A DNA stretch of 64,000 nucleotides, from NCBI RefSeq assembly GCF_963676685.1, contig NC_092353.1, positions 59,644,001-59,708,000 of the forward strand, in the 5' to 3' direction. How positions within the stretch are numbered: the first letter of the stretch is position 1; each line of letters begins with the position of its first letter. The notes beneath the pieces are model-generated. The model saw nothing but the letters and a program-made list of their open reading frames with translations, was not told where the DNA came from and ran no database searches. This document shows positions 51,256 to 64,000 of this stretch, piece after piece. Origin of the DNA: Mytilus edulis (taxonomy: Eukaryota). Both the position numbers and the translations under genes were made by a program.

Positions 51256-53904
51256 GTTCTTAACCACTTTTATCTTATTGCTCATATTTCATCAACTTAA
51301 TACAAGAGTTGTGAGTGGCTTGATTTCTGTCCTAGATTGTGTGAGTGCAATGGTCTGGACGAGTCAGGATCACTTTTAATCCCTTGTTCAATACCAAAAA
51401 TTAACGATCTTGAATTTTCGAAATTTGAGATTAACGGGACTAGTGAACTAAACCTGGATTGTCTTTCTTCAAGGCGTTCTTATTTGAAAGATGAAATGTT
51501 TCAACATCTACATTCTTTTTCGACAATCACTATACGGTATTGTCAATTTCACTTTATTACGAAACAAACCCTTCATCATTTTTATGGATTATATAAACTT
51601 GAACATTTAACTATTGACGGAGCGACAGATCTTTCAATTCATGAACATTCATTTATATTGACGCCAAAACTTCACACACTGGTAATAGTAAACAGCGGGA
51701 TGGCTGGCCTGCCTGCCGGTAATGTATGGATTAGAGATAATTAATTTCACTAATAACGCAGTTGATAGCATATCTGATGATAATTATATGATTCCGATGA
51801 AATTTAAACGTTTTCGTGATATTATATTAAATTCTAACAGGATCAGGACAATCAATATCACTTTTAGCAGAATGATACCGAATCTGAAATATTTATTAGT
51901 GGCAGACAACATGGTTTCGTATATATCACCAAATATTTTCAGAAATTTAACAGACTTAAAATACTTAGACCTTTCAAAAACACAATATCTCTATATTAGA
52001 AAAAAGCTTGTTGAAAGACAATATCAGACTTAACATCATTATATTAGGATCAAATCCAATCTCAAATATGCCGGCAGCATTTTTTAGGTCAGCAAAGCAT
52101 GTTGAAGTATTAGTCCTAGATTCAACGTTTTTAGGTGATTCCATTTGGAGTAAACTTTTCTCCTTATCCAGTCTATTACGTCTCCATGTTGCAAACTGTT
52201 CATTAAACTGCATAGCTTCGTCTGTGTTTGGTCAACTTAATCGTCTACGTTATCTAGATCTGTCTTACAACAAATTAGCAGACTTTATAGCTTTACTTTT
52301 ATCGGTCAAATAATACTCCAAACTCTTTTATTGTCTCACAATAGAACTCCATTTATTGAACCTCAAGGTTTTTTTGGGGCTTGGTTTACTCGAACACTTG
52401 ATTTTGAATCATAATAATCTCAGTAAGTGGATCCGGCATCTTTTCAGTTTTCACAATCATTATGTTTGCTTTATATTTCTTATAATAGATTAACTCAACT
52501 TCCAAATGTTCAAAATTTGAAGAATCTATACGTTATAGAGTTATAGATGCACGTTATAATTAAATTGATAGGCTTGACAGTAACAGTTTTACAGAACTGG
52601 ATAATCTAGCCAGATTAAATATTTTTGGAAGTAAATGCATATATTTCTAGGAACGTTTTCCGACATACTCCAAAATTACAGCTTTTACAAGCATCTAGCA
52701 ACAATATCAAAGCTATAGATAGTGCTGTTTTAAAACATTTGTAGTATTTGAAATGGATATTTCTTACACATACAATGTAACAAGCTTAATAATATTTCTA
52801 ATTTTTCACAGTCAAATGCTTTACAGCAAGTATCATTTTCCAATAACTACTTTAGCGGAACTCGCGGAAAGGCGTTTTCATCTTTGTCAAATTTGCAAAT
52901 CGTAGATTTGACAAATACTAATATTTCCAATCTGCAACCCGAAAATCGTCATTATTCGCCATTACCAATGCCATAACCTTCAGTGTATGTAATAGGTGAT
53001 ACATTGAATTGTGACTGTCATTTCGAATGGTTAAAGCAATGCTTGAACAGTTGGACAGAATCATGCCAAGGATTACAGACCGCAATGATATGTACTGTTT
53101 TGTCAACAACTCTATAAATGCTAGTTCAAAGATCGGTAAGATGCACAATTTGATCGAACTAGATTATCATTATGTAAGCTAGTAACAAATAAAAACAGAA
53201 CAATGGAAACACATAAGGAAGTTTTTAGCCATAAACAAATAGAGGCGCTTGTTTCGGGGATAACCGTTTTATTCCTTTTAGTCATAATTGCTTCTATCGT
53301 TTTCCTCAATCGGACATTGCTACAGGTGCTTATATTTAACAAATTTGGGATACGGTTATTAAACGAAAAACATGATGAAAATAAATTGTACGATGCCTTC
53401 ATTTCATATAGTCATAAAGATGTAGGATTTGTTGTGCATGAACTTGTTCCAAGACTCGAAAAGAAAGAAGAATATAAATTATGTCTACACTTTCGGGATT
53501 TCCAGTTGGCGCATATATAGCAGATACAATCTTTAAATCGGTAGAAGAAAGTTATCGAACGATCATCATAGTCTCAAATAATTTCTTTGAAAGCGAATGG
53601 TGTCAATACGAATTTCAAACAGCTCATCACAGTGTTTTAAATGACAGATCAAAGAATATTATTATAATATTGATGGAAATATTATCTTATCCAAACTTGA
53701 TCCAGAACTCAAACTATACATGAAAACTCGAACGTATTTGAAAAGACAGAATCCTTGGTTTTGGAAAAGTTAATGTTTGTTTGCCAAAAAGAAAAAGATA
53801 AACAAAATGAACAAATGAGTCTAAATGAAATAGCAGTTGGAATTAGAAATAATGAGGCAAGTTTTGGCAATTTGCATATGAATATACACATGATACATTT
53901 GTAG
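51256..53904 (+). pseudogene. Toll-like receptor pseudogene (many frameshifts and stops, internal deletion)
   Basis: LRRNT CEC, LRR fragments in shifting frames, NCDC LRRCT, TM VSGITVLFLLVIIASIVFL, TIR YDAFISYSH / LHFRDF / SEWCQYEF. Confidence 0.92.
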
Positions 53905-54818
53905 TTTGATTGATTGTAAAACTTGAATTGAATAGTTTTGATGTCACTGTATGACTGTCTGGGTTTTTTAAGAAGTGGGTGAAGGGGGTTCAGTTGTAAT
54001 ACCTTTCACATCAGAATCTCTATTTTAAACTGAATTGATTAATGAAAATATGAACATATGTATTGTATTGCTGTTCGATTAATTGTTTTCTTTTCTGTAT
54101 TTATATTTTGCTGAATTTATCTACAAAATAAGTCGTGCTTATCAGTTTTAATAATGAATATTAGAAATAATCCCGACCTATTATCAGATCAAATTATGGG
54201 TGAAAAAGAGTAAATGGACATGCCTGATTGTGTAATATGACTATTTGGAACTATTTTTTAGTTATGTTACATCTTTTTAACGTTATACCATGTAACTATG
54301 GAAATAAATATCCGGTATCAATTGATCTATGTAAGAGTGGCGAAAGATACCAGAGGGACGGTCAAACTCATGCATTGAAAATAAACTAAAAAATAAAAAG
54401 ACAAACAGATAAAATAATAGCACACAAGACATAGAAAATTAAAGACTAAGCAACACGAACCCCACCAAAAGCTGGTAGTGATCCCAGATGCTCCGGAAGG
54501 GTTAGCAGACCCTATTCCATGTGTGGCATATATATTTCACATCAAGGCGTTTTCACTTACAAAAGTTGCAATAACAAATATATTTCATAATCACCTTTAT
54601 CTATCTTGATTATCTGAAATAATCGTTTCAAGTATATAACCACTGTTTGTGATACCACTGAACAAAATGTATAATTTATATTAAAATACTTGTCTACTTG
54701 TAATTGATCACAAGTGTATTTCAGTTATACGAAGACTTGTGAATTGTTTTTCTTCATCTTGATTTCCCAGGCCAGTTGTTCAATAACATACTAAATATCT
54801 TTTAATAATGTAAACAAA

Positions 54819-55130
54819 CAGATACTGTCCGATACTCAACTCATTTATTATAATGTCAAAAACAACAGATACCGTCGACTACTCAACTCATTTATTATAA
54901 TGTCAAAAACCAAAGATACTGTCCGATACTCAACTCATTTATTATAATGTCAAAAACCACAGAAACCGTTCGATACTCAACTCATTTATTATAATGTCAC
55001 AAACAATAGAAACCGTCCGATACTGAACTCACTTATTATAATGTCAAAACCAAAGATACTGTCCGATACTCAACTCATTTATAATTATGTCAAAATTCAA
55101 AGATGCCGTCCGGTACTAGACTCATTCATT
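54819..55130. repeat. 47-bp minisatellite, ~7 units
   Basis: CAGATACTGTCCGATACTCAACTCATTTATTATAATGTCAAAAACAA units. Confidence 0.92.
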
Positions 55131-56868
55131 AATTCATACTAAATTAAAGTTTTCTTTCCAATTTTATGCAATGATATCATTTGATAAATAACAGGTTGAC
55201 AATTTCTAAGTTAACAAACCTTTAACAATGTTTAAGATAGAAATAAACATGTTTTATGGCAAACAAATTTGCAAAAGATGTAACATAAACACAATTGTGT
55301 TACAAAGACTCACTTTGAAGTGATTTTATCAGTTATTTGTGAAGGGTCACTCAAAAGCGATTATTAAAACAGTGAAAAATCGAACGCAGGTAAAACGTTC
55401 AAATAAAGGTGACATTTTTCTATATTCACTTTGATTGCGTATATATGTAATCCTGTACTCATCCTGTTAATCGGAAATACCTACTCATGTCACATTTAAT
55501 AAACATCAATTATGACGGAAGGATTACGGCTTGAATCTGTAACAAATCATAAGATGACTCTATATCTTAAATTATTAATTGTATGATAGCATGTTTCAAT
55601 ACGGGATTCACTTGCAAACTAAAAATTTATTCAAAAAAAGAACCTGAGCTACGAACATTGCCATCGTGATCATATTGATAGTATATGAAGCTTTGTTGTG
55701 CTTAATAGCGAATACAATTCAACAGAGGAAACTATATACATATATATATGACAATGGGCGACAGCAACCATTAAAAAAAGGTAAAACAGTTAACAATAGA
55801 AATGTAAGCGCAATGTTATTTGAAATTATTTCCTTCAATTTCTTTACAATATCACACAAACCCATCAGTTTGGTACAGAACTGTTACCAGTATATGTTTT
55901 ATTTGTGTTTGTGTGATATTGTATTTACTTATGCTTATGCTTATTTTCTGACCACTTTGATGATAGTTATCAAAAAGTCTCTAAATGCAACTTTTTTGAA
56001 AATATTATTGATATATTACAAGTAGTTCCTCTGAAAATTCATACTTAACTGTACATATAAGTTAGACATCTATCTAAACGAGAGGTAAGAGGAACTAGAA
56101 CGACATTCATTCGGTAAAAAAAGAAAAAGACAAAAAGACAAACGATAGAATACAAAACACAAACATAAAAATAAACGATTGATCAACAAAAATCCAACCA
56201 AAATTTTGAAGTGATTTCGTGTGCTTTGGAAGGGTAAGGAGATCTTGCTAAAAAAAATGCGCATTTGTGACAATTACTACAAATGTAAATTAAATAAAGA
56301 TGAGAATGTGTGGTTGGAAATAGGAATATGATATGTCAATAAAATTGAAAATGAAAAAAGGGAATGTATCAAAGAGACAACAACCCGACCAAAGAGCTGG
56401 AAACAGCCATTGACCACCAATGTGTCTTAAACACAGCCAGAATATCCCCGACAAGATATTGGCTTCAGATGGCCACTAAAAGAAAATGTGTACAAATTGA
56501 GTGCTAATGGACGTCACACTAAACTCCAAAACATATAAATGAACTCAAATTAAAAAAGAACTTGCAAGACTAAGAAAGGAATATTGGTAGTTGGGAAAAG
56601 CTACCTGTTGATTTTTTTTTATATGAAATGTTTTGGAAAACATAACTGGGATGTGAACTGAAGCGTTTTTCAGAAATGTGCCTTTATTTGGCATTTTGAT
56701 GGCTCTTAATTCCTTTGAATATGTATCTCTCGTTTTGAAATATTTTCATATTCATGCTCAATACAGTTGCATATGTATACGCAGGTTATTGTTAAAAAAA
56801 AACACAGAAAGCATCGTCAGATTGTAGAACCGAGAAAATGAATATGTGTATAACAATGATATTTAGAA

Positions 56869-57808
56869 GGCACTGGCTACGGTTACATGGAAATGTAACA
56901 ATAATAAAAATATTATTGTTACATTGGAGACTAAATGCCGGAATGCATGGTTGGGTAAGGACCTGTTTAATTACGAATGTAACAATAATTATTGAGGCTA
57001 CGGTTACATTGCGTTATTGTTACATGAAAAAAAGCAATGTACGATTGGACTAGTAATATGTACTAAATAATAAAAGTTGAGGACATTTATTACATACATT
57101 TATAACATACAATTTATTTACTGTAATTTTTTATTTACAATGACAATTTCTACAAATCCAGCAAGTTATTTTTAAAGTCCGACACATTTTTGATGAACTA
57201 AATTACGTCCTCCACGGATACGTTTACATACATAATTTCTTAGTATTTAAGTTACAGTTAGCAAACTTTGCTTTTGATTATTAATTTGCGTCAAGTTATA
57301 AAGCTGTATGACTTGATATTGTTTCAGTTTCGTTTAAAACGCATCCCAAGTTTTATTTTTTTCACCATAAACAAAATTGGTCCAAAGTATAATGACAGTA
57401 ATAAGAGTAGGTGTGCAGTTATATATAATTAAATACTTTAAAAAAGTGAAACCATTGAACTATATTTTTTGCCTTTGACCATTAATACGTAGTAAAACTA
57501 TTCAAGTTGTACACCATTTGTTGAATAATAATATTTTATTATTTATCAGTATTAAATTACAAGTATTGTTTAGTACATATGAAAGAATGAAGCAATACAA
57601 CTATAGAAGATTTAAGTTTTAAAATCAATCTAGCGTACATTGCTGTTTTTCATGTAACAATAACGTAATGTAACCGTAGCCTCAGTAATTATTGTTACAT
57701 TTGTAATTAATCGGTTCCTCACCCAACTTTGCATTCCGGCAATTAGTCTCCAATGTAACAATAACATTTTTATTATTGTTACATTTCCATGTAACCGTAG
57801 CCAGTGCC
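56869..57808. mobile_element. 940-bp non-autonomous Mutator-like element
   Basis: ~175-bp TIRs beginning GGCACTGGCTACGGTTACATGG; perfect 9-bp TSD TATTTAGAA at 56860-56868 and 57809-57817. Confidence 0.9.
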
Positions 57809-57896
57809 TATTTAGAAACCAATATAAAGATTTGTCAATATACATTAGGCAAACAATTAATCAATTTATTTGGTGATTATTTTCAGGAATGAGAAA

Positions 57897-60800
57897 ATGA
57901 ATAACTGGATTGTATTGCTGTTTATCTATTCAACAAGATCTCATGACTTTAACAACTACAAGGCTTGTCCTCGTCCTTGCGAATGTTATGTTACATACAC
58001 AGCAGATGAACCTACCGTTCACGTGTTTTGTTCCATAGCGAAACTGAGTAATTTTGATTTTTCTAGATTGGAAACTAATGTGACTAGTGTTCTCCACATC
58101 ACCTGTGAATCTTTACTACACTCCTACCTACAGGATAGAATATTCCAGCATCTTTATTCATTTAGCGCATTTGAATTGTCGGATTGTTCATTTGATTACA
58201 TTCATGAGCACGCTTTCTACGGACTACATGTACGTAACCTTCGTGAATTATATATCAATAAGGCAAGAGACCTTTCTATTCATGACAAAGCATTTTTTAA
58301 TACACCAAACATTCGTAGACTGGTCATAACTAATAGTGGTGTTACACAATTTCCCCCTTTATTTGGATTAAATAAAATACAGTTCATTAATTTTACAAAC
58401 AATGTTATCAAGGATATATCCAATGACAATTTCATATAATGCGACGAACCACTTAATGATTTGTTTGTATTAATATTGAATAATAACAGAATTCATGGGA
58501 TTAACGTTACATTTGGCAGATTTACACCAAATCTCAAGTACCTATCAATCGCAGACAATGTGGTCGCAGATATCTCATCTCAGTCTTTGCTAAATTTAAC
58601 ATACCTCGAACTCCTTGACTTAACCGGAAACCAATTGTCTGAACTGTCAAGTAGCTTACTAAAAGACAATGTAAACATCAAAGTCGTTGGATTAGGTCCA
58701 AATCCTATTTCACAGATAGATGATGGATTTTTCCATTCAGGAAGAGTAATGGAAGTACTTGTTCTAGGTTCAACGCGAGTTGGAGATTCTATTTGGAACC
58801 ATCTATACAATTTACCAACTATTCATGAACTTCAGCTTGGAAATTGTTCGCTAACTTATATAAATATTACTGTCATGGGTAGACTTCGACGATTACAACA
58901 TTTAGATCTTTCTAGAAACAATCTAAGCAAAATTTTTAATTATACTTTCATTAACCATGTGAATTTGGTTACACTTTTACTTTCTCATAATGAGATCAGC
59001 TATATTGAATCCCACGCTTTTCAGGGATTGCGATCAATCAATAAATTGGATTTGACTAGTAACCAATTGAAGACTTTACACCCGCTAACGCTAAATTTCA
59101 TGCCAGACACCACTATGCTGCATATATCTTACAATGAACTGAATCATTTTCCTGGTTTGCACAATTTAACGAAATTATTTGTATTAGATCTACGCCATAA
59201 TCGGATAAGCAAACTGGACAAAAAGAGTTTTGTGAGACTTCCAAATTTAGCCGGTATTAATCTATCATGGAACAAACTTACTGCTTTACGTAGAAATGTT
59301 TTCCAAAATTCTCCAAACTTAGAACTACTTCAAGTATCCAATAACGACATAAAACTCATTGAAGAGGACGCTTTTAAAAACATGTCAAAACTAAAATGGC
59401 TACTACTTAAACATAACAGTATGAAAAATATAGCTTATATTTTCACGAATATGCTATCATTACTTCAACTCGACCTGGGCTATAACAAAATAGATGGACC
59501 AATCCACGCTGGACACTTTTACAATTCATTTGCGTTACAACAAATAATTTTAAATAATAATCATGTGACCGGTATAATAGGATCAGCCTTTTCTAAATTT
59601 CAACATCTAGAAATAGTTGATTTGAAATATAATAATATTTCTTCCTTGCAACCCTACAATATAAAGTTTTCGCCACTTACCATTCCTCCACCAGTGTTCT
59701 ATTTCCGGGGTAATAGATTTAACTGTGATTGTCATCTAACGTGGATGAGACAATGTCTGAACAGATGGACTGACTCATGCAAAGGATTAGAAATTGATGA
59801 ATTCGAATTCTTGCTTTGCTACAGTGGATATAAAATAAGAAAATTTTCTCTGATAAAGAATGCTCAACTGAAAAATATGTTGTGTGAGTTTGAAAATCCC
59901 TGCGTCGGCATTTGTGATTGTTGTGGATCTTTATCTTGTAATTGTAAAATGTCTTGTCCTACAAACTGTACTTGTCTCATGTCCTTTAATCATCAAAACG
60001 GCATTGTAGATTGCAGTAACAAGTTTATAAATAATGTCACAGAACATATACCTCCAATAGCAGAAACATTTTATCTGGATGGGAATAACCTAGTTTATAT
60101 CAAATCCGCCATTTTCAGTGGACTTCATCAACTAAAAACACTTTATCTTAATAGAAGTGGGATAGAAATAGTTCAACCTAACGCATTTGTTAATCTTACA
60201 AAATTAGAAAATCTATACCTCAATGAAAACAGCCTAACATGTGTAGATGTTGAATTATTAAATGGACTGGTTTCATTAAAATGTCTGCAGCTAGAAAACA
60301 ATAGCATCGCATTCATAGCAGATGACGCATTCAAAGGGATAACAAATATGGAAGTTTTGCGTCTAGCTTACAACAAGCTTGTATCTCTTCCGTATGGTTT
60401 TGCAGAGTCTATGGTAACACTAAAGTATCTGACTTTATCCAATAATCCATGGTCATGAGACTGTGACGACTTACATGACTTTAAAGAATTAACATATGAA
60501 TTAGCTGACGTCATTAATGACCGGCATGACATGTACTGTTTTGTAAATAATACAAAAAATAAAAGTTTTGCTATCGGTTCTAAACAACATGTAGTCTGGT
60601 TAGACTTTTGGTCCATTTGCCCGAACCAATCTGTAATATTTCAAAACAGAACAATCGAAAAACACCGAGAGGTTCTAAATTACAGAGAAGTACAAGTACT
60701 CACTTCAACGCTCGTTATTCTTGTCCTATTCATAATAATTTTCACGCTTGTGTTTATGAATCGAACGTTAATACAAGTTGTCATATACAATAAATTCGGA

Positions 60801-61352
60801 ATACGATTATTTAGTGTAAAACCCGAGGAGAAAAATTCGTACGATGCCTTTGTTTCGTATAGTCACAAGGATGAAGAATTTGTTGTTCGCGAGCTCGTAC
60901 AAAGGCTTGAGAACAAAGATGGCTACAAGTTATGTGTCCACTTCCGAGACTTTCCGATTGGTGCGTGTATAGCAGATACAATCATTAAGTCTGTTGAAGA
61001 TAGTTCTAGAACAATTATGATAGTATCAAACAACTATTTAGACAGTCAATGGTGTCAATATAAATTTCAAACGACTCATCACAGTGTGTTAAGAGATAAA
61101 TCTCAAAAAATCATTTTAATTCTAATGGAGGAGATTGACCCTGCTAAACTTGACCTGGAACTCAATCTTTATATGAAAACTAAAACATACTTAAAACGTA
61201 CAGATCCATGGTTTTGGGAAAAGTTAGAGTTTGCTTTGCCAGTTAAAGCAAAAAATAAAATTGAAGATCAACAATTAAATGATTTAAACAAAATACACAT
61301 TGAATTAAAAGACGAGAAAAACAGAGTTGACATACAGCAGAATGTGTTTTGA
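57897..61352 (+). pseudogene. Multiple-cysteine-cluster (protostome-type) Toll-like receptor, full length but with two in-frame stops
   Basis: Three ORFs in one frame split by TAA 58437-58439 and TGA 60456-60458; signal peptide, LRRNT, many LRRs, internal LRRCT/LRRNT, second LRRCT, TM, TIR boxes YDAFVSYS / RDFPIG / FWEKL; acceptor-like TTTCAG at 57886. Confidence 0.88.
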
Positions 61353-62384
61353 TGACATATGTAAACACGCTTGTTTGAAGACATTTATTTGAAATTAAAA
61401 CCAGATAAAATCAATCTAAGAAACGTCGCTTCTGTTACCCTGATGTGTATAAGAGTTTGAGGGGCCTTATTGGATGGAATGTGTAAGTTGTCGAACTACT
61501 GTATCACTGGCCTGTCAATACTGAGTGCACTCGACTCCAACCTTAGTTGATTAGGATTGTCAGTTTTCATATCGAAGATCCAGGCTTCCTCTAGTAATAA
61601 ACACTGATCGCTACGAAATAGAACATAGTGCTGAAAGTGGCGTTAAACAAACAATCAATCAATGAATGTATTGCATTGGAACATCAAGACATGAAGAACT
61701 AAAATCCAATTGTAAAATTTATCTGTGTATGTTAAGAGTAGTTGTCGTGTTACTGAATTGACTGTTTATCACTTGCGCATTATTTGTTGTAGTAAGCACA
61801 TACATGTATATGACAGTTTACATGTACTTCTCAACCAATTATTGTTTTATTTATCAATAAAAACAGGAAGAGGCGGTATGGTTGCCTATGAGACAACTTT
61901 CATAATATTTCACTATGATGAAAGCTGATTGAATAAACTTGTAAATTAAAAACAAATAAGGTTACCAATTTTTATTGGATGTCACCTTTTTAGAAGACAA
62001 TTTCATACAAATATCGTTCTTAGTTCATTTCCTATCTTTGGTGTGAATAAAGCATTTTATAAATATATCTAAATCAAACTCGACATATGGAATATTACAA
62101 TAGCGTTCTGTTGTTTGCGTAATTATTATCATACTCTTCTCGGCTTTCTCATATGTTGTAATACTACAGTAAAATATGTGTTGGACTATTGTCTAAGCTT
62201 TCGAATCAAACAGTGTTTCCTGTATTACACAAAATCTATCAAGCTTTTGAAAACCCATACCAAATTATCAGCGCTTTTGTCAATGTCTATTTTTCATCTC
62301 AAATATATAGGGATTTGTTTTACTCGTAGCAATCACTAAGACTTACAACTACACATTCAAATTGTCGCCTTTCATGGAATCTTT

Positions 62385-64000
62385 TCATGTCGTTCGCACT
62401 ATGTATGTGCATTAAAGAAAACCTTTTCATGACGTTCGCACTAGGTATATGTGCATTGAGGAATACCTTTTCATCACGTTCGTACTTGGTATGTGAATTG
62501 AGGAATACCAGCTACTGGATAGTTTTGAAAATGACAAATTTATATTTACCAAAAAAGATCATCAAAAAGTACAAGAGGGACATTTAAACTCATAAGTTTA
62601 AATTAAACAGACAACAGCAGGGCTAAAAACGAAAAAGACTAGCAAACAAACAATAGTGCACAAAACACAACATAGAAAACTTCATACTGAGGAACACAAA
62701 CCTCATCAAACATTTGGAGTGATATCAGCTGCTCCTGTATTGTAAGAAGATACTGCTTCACATCCGTCGTGTTTTCATGTTAGTATAAACCCGGTAATTA
62801 GTTTAATGCAGTAGGTCACATTAAAGAAAAGATGACGGGGATAGTAGAAAAATTGTGTATAGAAAATACCAAATTCAATTATTCGTTTGATATGATGTAT
62901 GATTTACGTTAACAGAAACCAAACGACACAAATAACTATAACACTAAAAAGAACTATACACAAAACATTGTTGGAAAGAAATAAAGCTAATTCAGACATA
63001 CGAAAAGGGAGACAACACAGTTAATTCCTAACACAAACAGTGTAAATTCATAGCAATTGATATAATTCGGCTATTGTTTATTAAACTATTCCACAGTTCT
63101 ATTAGCAAATGGTTAACCATAGGATCCTAATTTAGCATTAACTACATGCACATAACTTTTGATTGGTGATATTAAGTTTTAGATTTTAAAATATTAGATG
63201 ATTTATCAAATATAAAACCATACCTTTCCGTACACCGTGTTAAATATTGAACTAGAAAATGAATGCATTATTTAGGCAAGAGTAGTTTACTGTTGTTCAA
63301 TAGTCATAAATCGCTTAAGCGAAAACAAATCCGTATCACAAACCAAAAATGAAGGAAACACCTCTTCTAAAACTTTTGTAAAAGAGAAAACAACGGCACA
63401 ACAGAAATAGTTATATTCCAATTTTGAAAAAAAATATTTACAATTAATATGATTACACTAAACGGTAACAGTGGTGCTGCACCAAATGCTCTTACAATTT
63501 TAAGTGATTTTGATGCGATTTTTTCTAATTTAGAATCTATCACGAAAAAACGTTTTATATAATCAAAACCAAACAACGGTTTCGCGGACCATTATTTGCA
63601 GTAAAGATATGCATGCATCATGCATATGCATCATGCATATCTTTAATGCAAAGAATTTACAACTGACGAGAACGAGAAAATGTGAAATGAACATGTAAAA
63701 ACTAAAATGACAAAAAAACCGAAAGTCCCTTATCAAATGGCAAAATCAAAAGTTTAAACACATCAAATTACTGCACAGCAACTTTCTTATTCCTGACTTT
63801 GTACAGACATTTTTCTGTCTAGTTTTCGTAAAATCGCTGAAATCTTTTATTGTAAGCAACCCGTATACATACATATAAATATAAAGCAGGATCTAAAAAA
63901 TGTCTACAAGATTTCAAAATTGCGATTTACTTTTTTCAAATAGTCATTAAATGATAAAAGTCCATCATAACCTTCAATGCACTTTAAAATGTTTTTCTAT
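62385..64000. repeat. Segment paralogous to 29235-29950
   Basis: 42-bp repeats plus the GTGCTGCACCAAATGCTCTTACAATTTT...AAATGATAA.AGTCCATCAT block. Confidence 0.85.

Noticed and set aside
54819-55130. CRISPR-like array
   Set aside because: Contiguous 47-bp units without unique spacers, no cas genes, eukaryotic context
56838-57845. Two similar 71-aa ORFs on opposite strands
   Set aside because: Products of the Mutator-like TIRs
60456-60458. Selenocysteine in the TLR (TGA at a conserved Cys)
   Set aside because: No SECIS-like fold found by eye downstream of 61352, an upstream TAA already breaks the ORF, and TGY>TGA is a single substitution

Overview
AT-rich animal genomic DNA; the gene and repeat content fits a bivalve such as Mytilus (inference). 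The window is a tandemly duplicated innate-immune cluster. Three single-coding-exon RING-less B-box/coiled-coil/NHL-like (TRIM-like) genes (two intact, one disabled) are interleaved with three Toll-like receptor loci: a 5' fragment, a heavily decayed copy, and a near-complete multiple-cysteine-cluster TLR broken by two in-frame stops. The intergenic DNA is a nest of mobile elements. Highlights: (1) a Naiad-type Penelope-like retroelement whose RT ORF runs through an in-frame UGA at a Cys position and is followed by a type II SECIS, i.e. a candidate selenoprotein-encoding retrotransposon; (2) three families of minimal type I hammerhead ribozyme motifs, including a ~542-bp tandem retrozyme-like array inserted in (TA)n; (3) a thrice-repeated, unusually conserved, apparently structured ~150-250-bp non-coding element with a TATA box and T-tract (candidate novel ncRNA); (4) an adjacent LC8-binding plus FFAT-like motif pair kept in all three TRIM-like paralogs; (5) several DNA-transposon derivatives with readable TIRs and TSDs. 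All alignments and folds were done by eye, so element boundaries are approximate unless a TSD is given.
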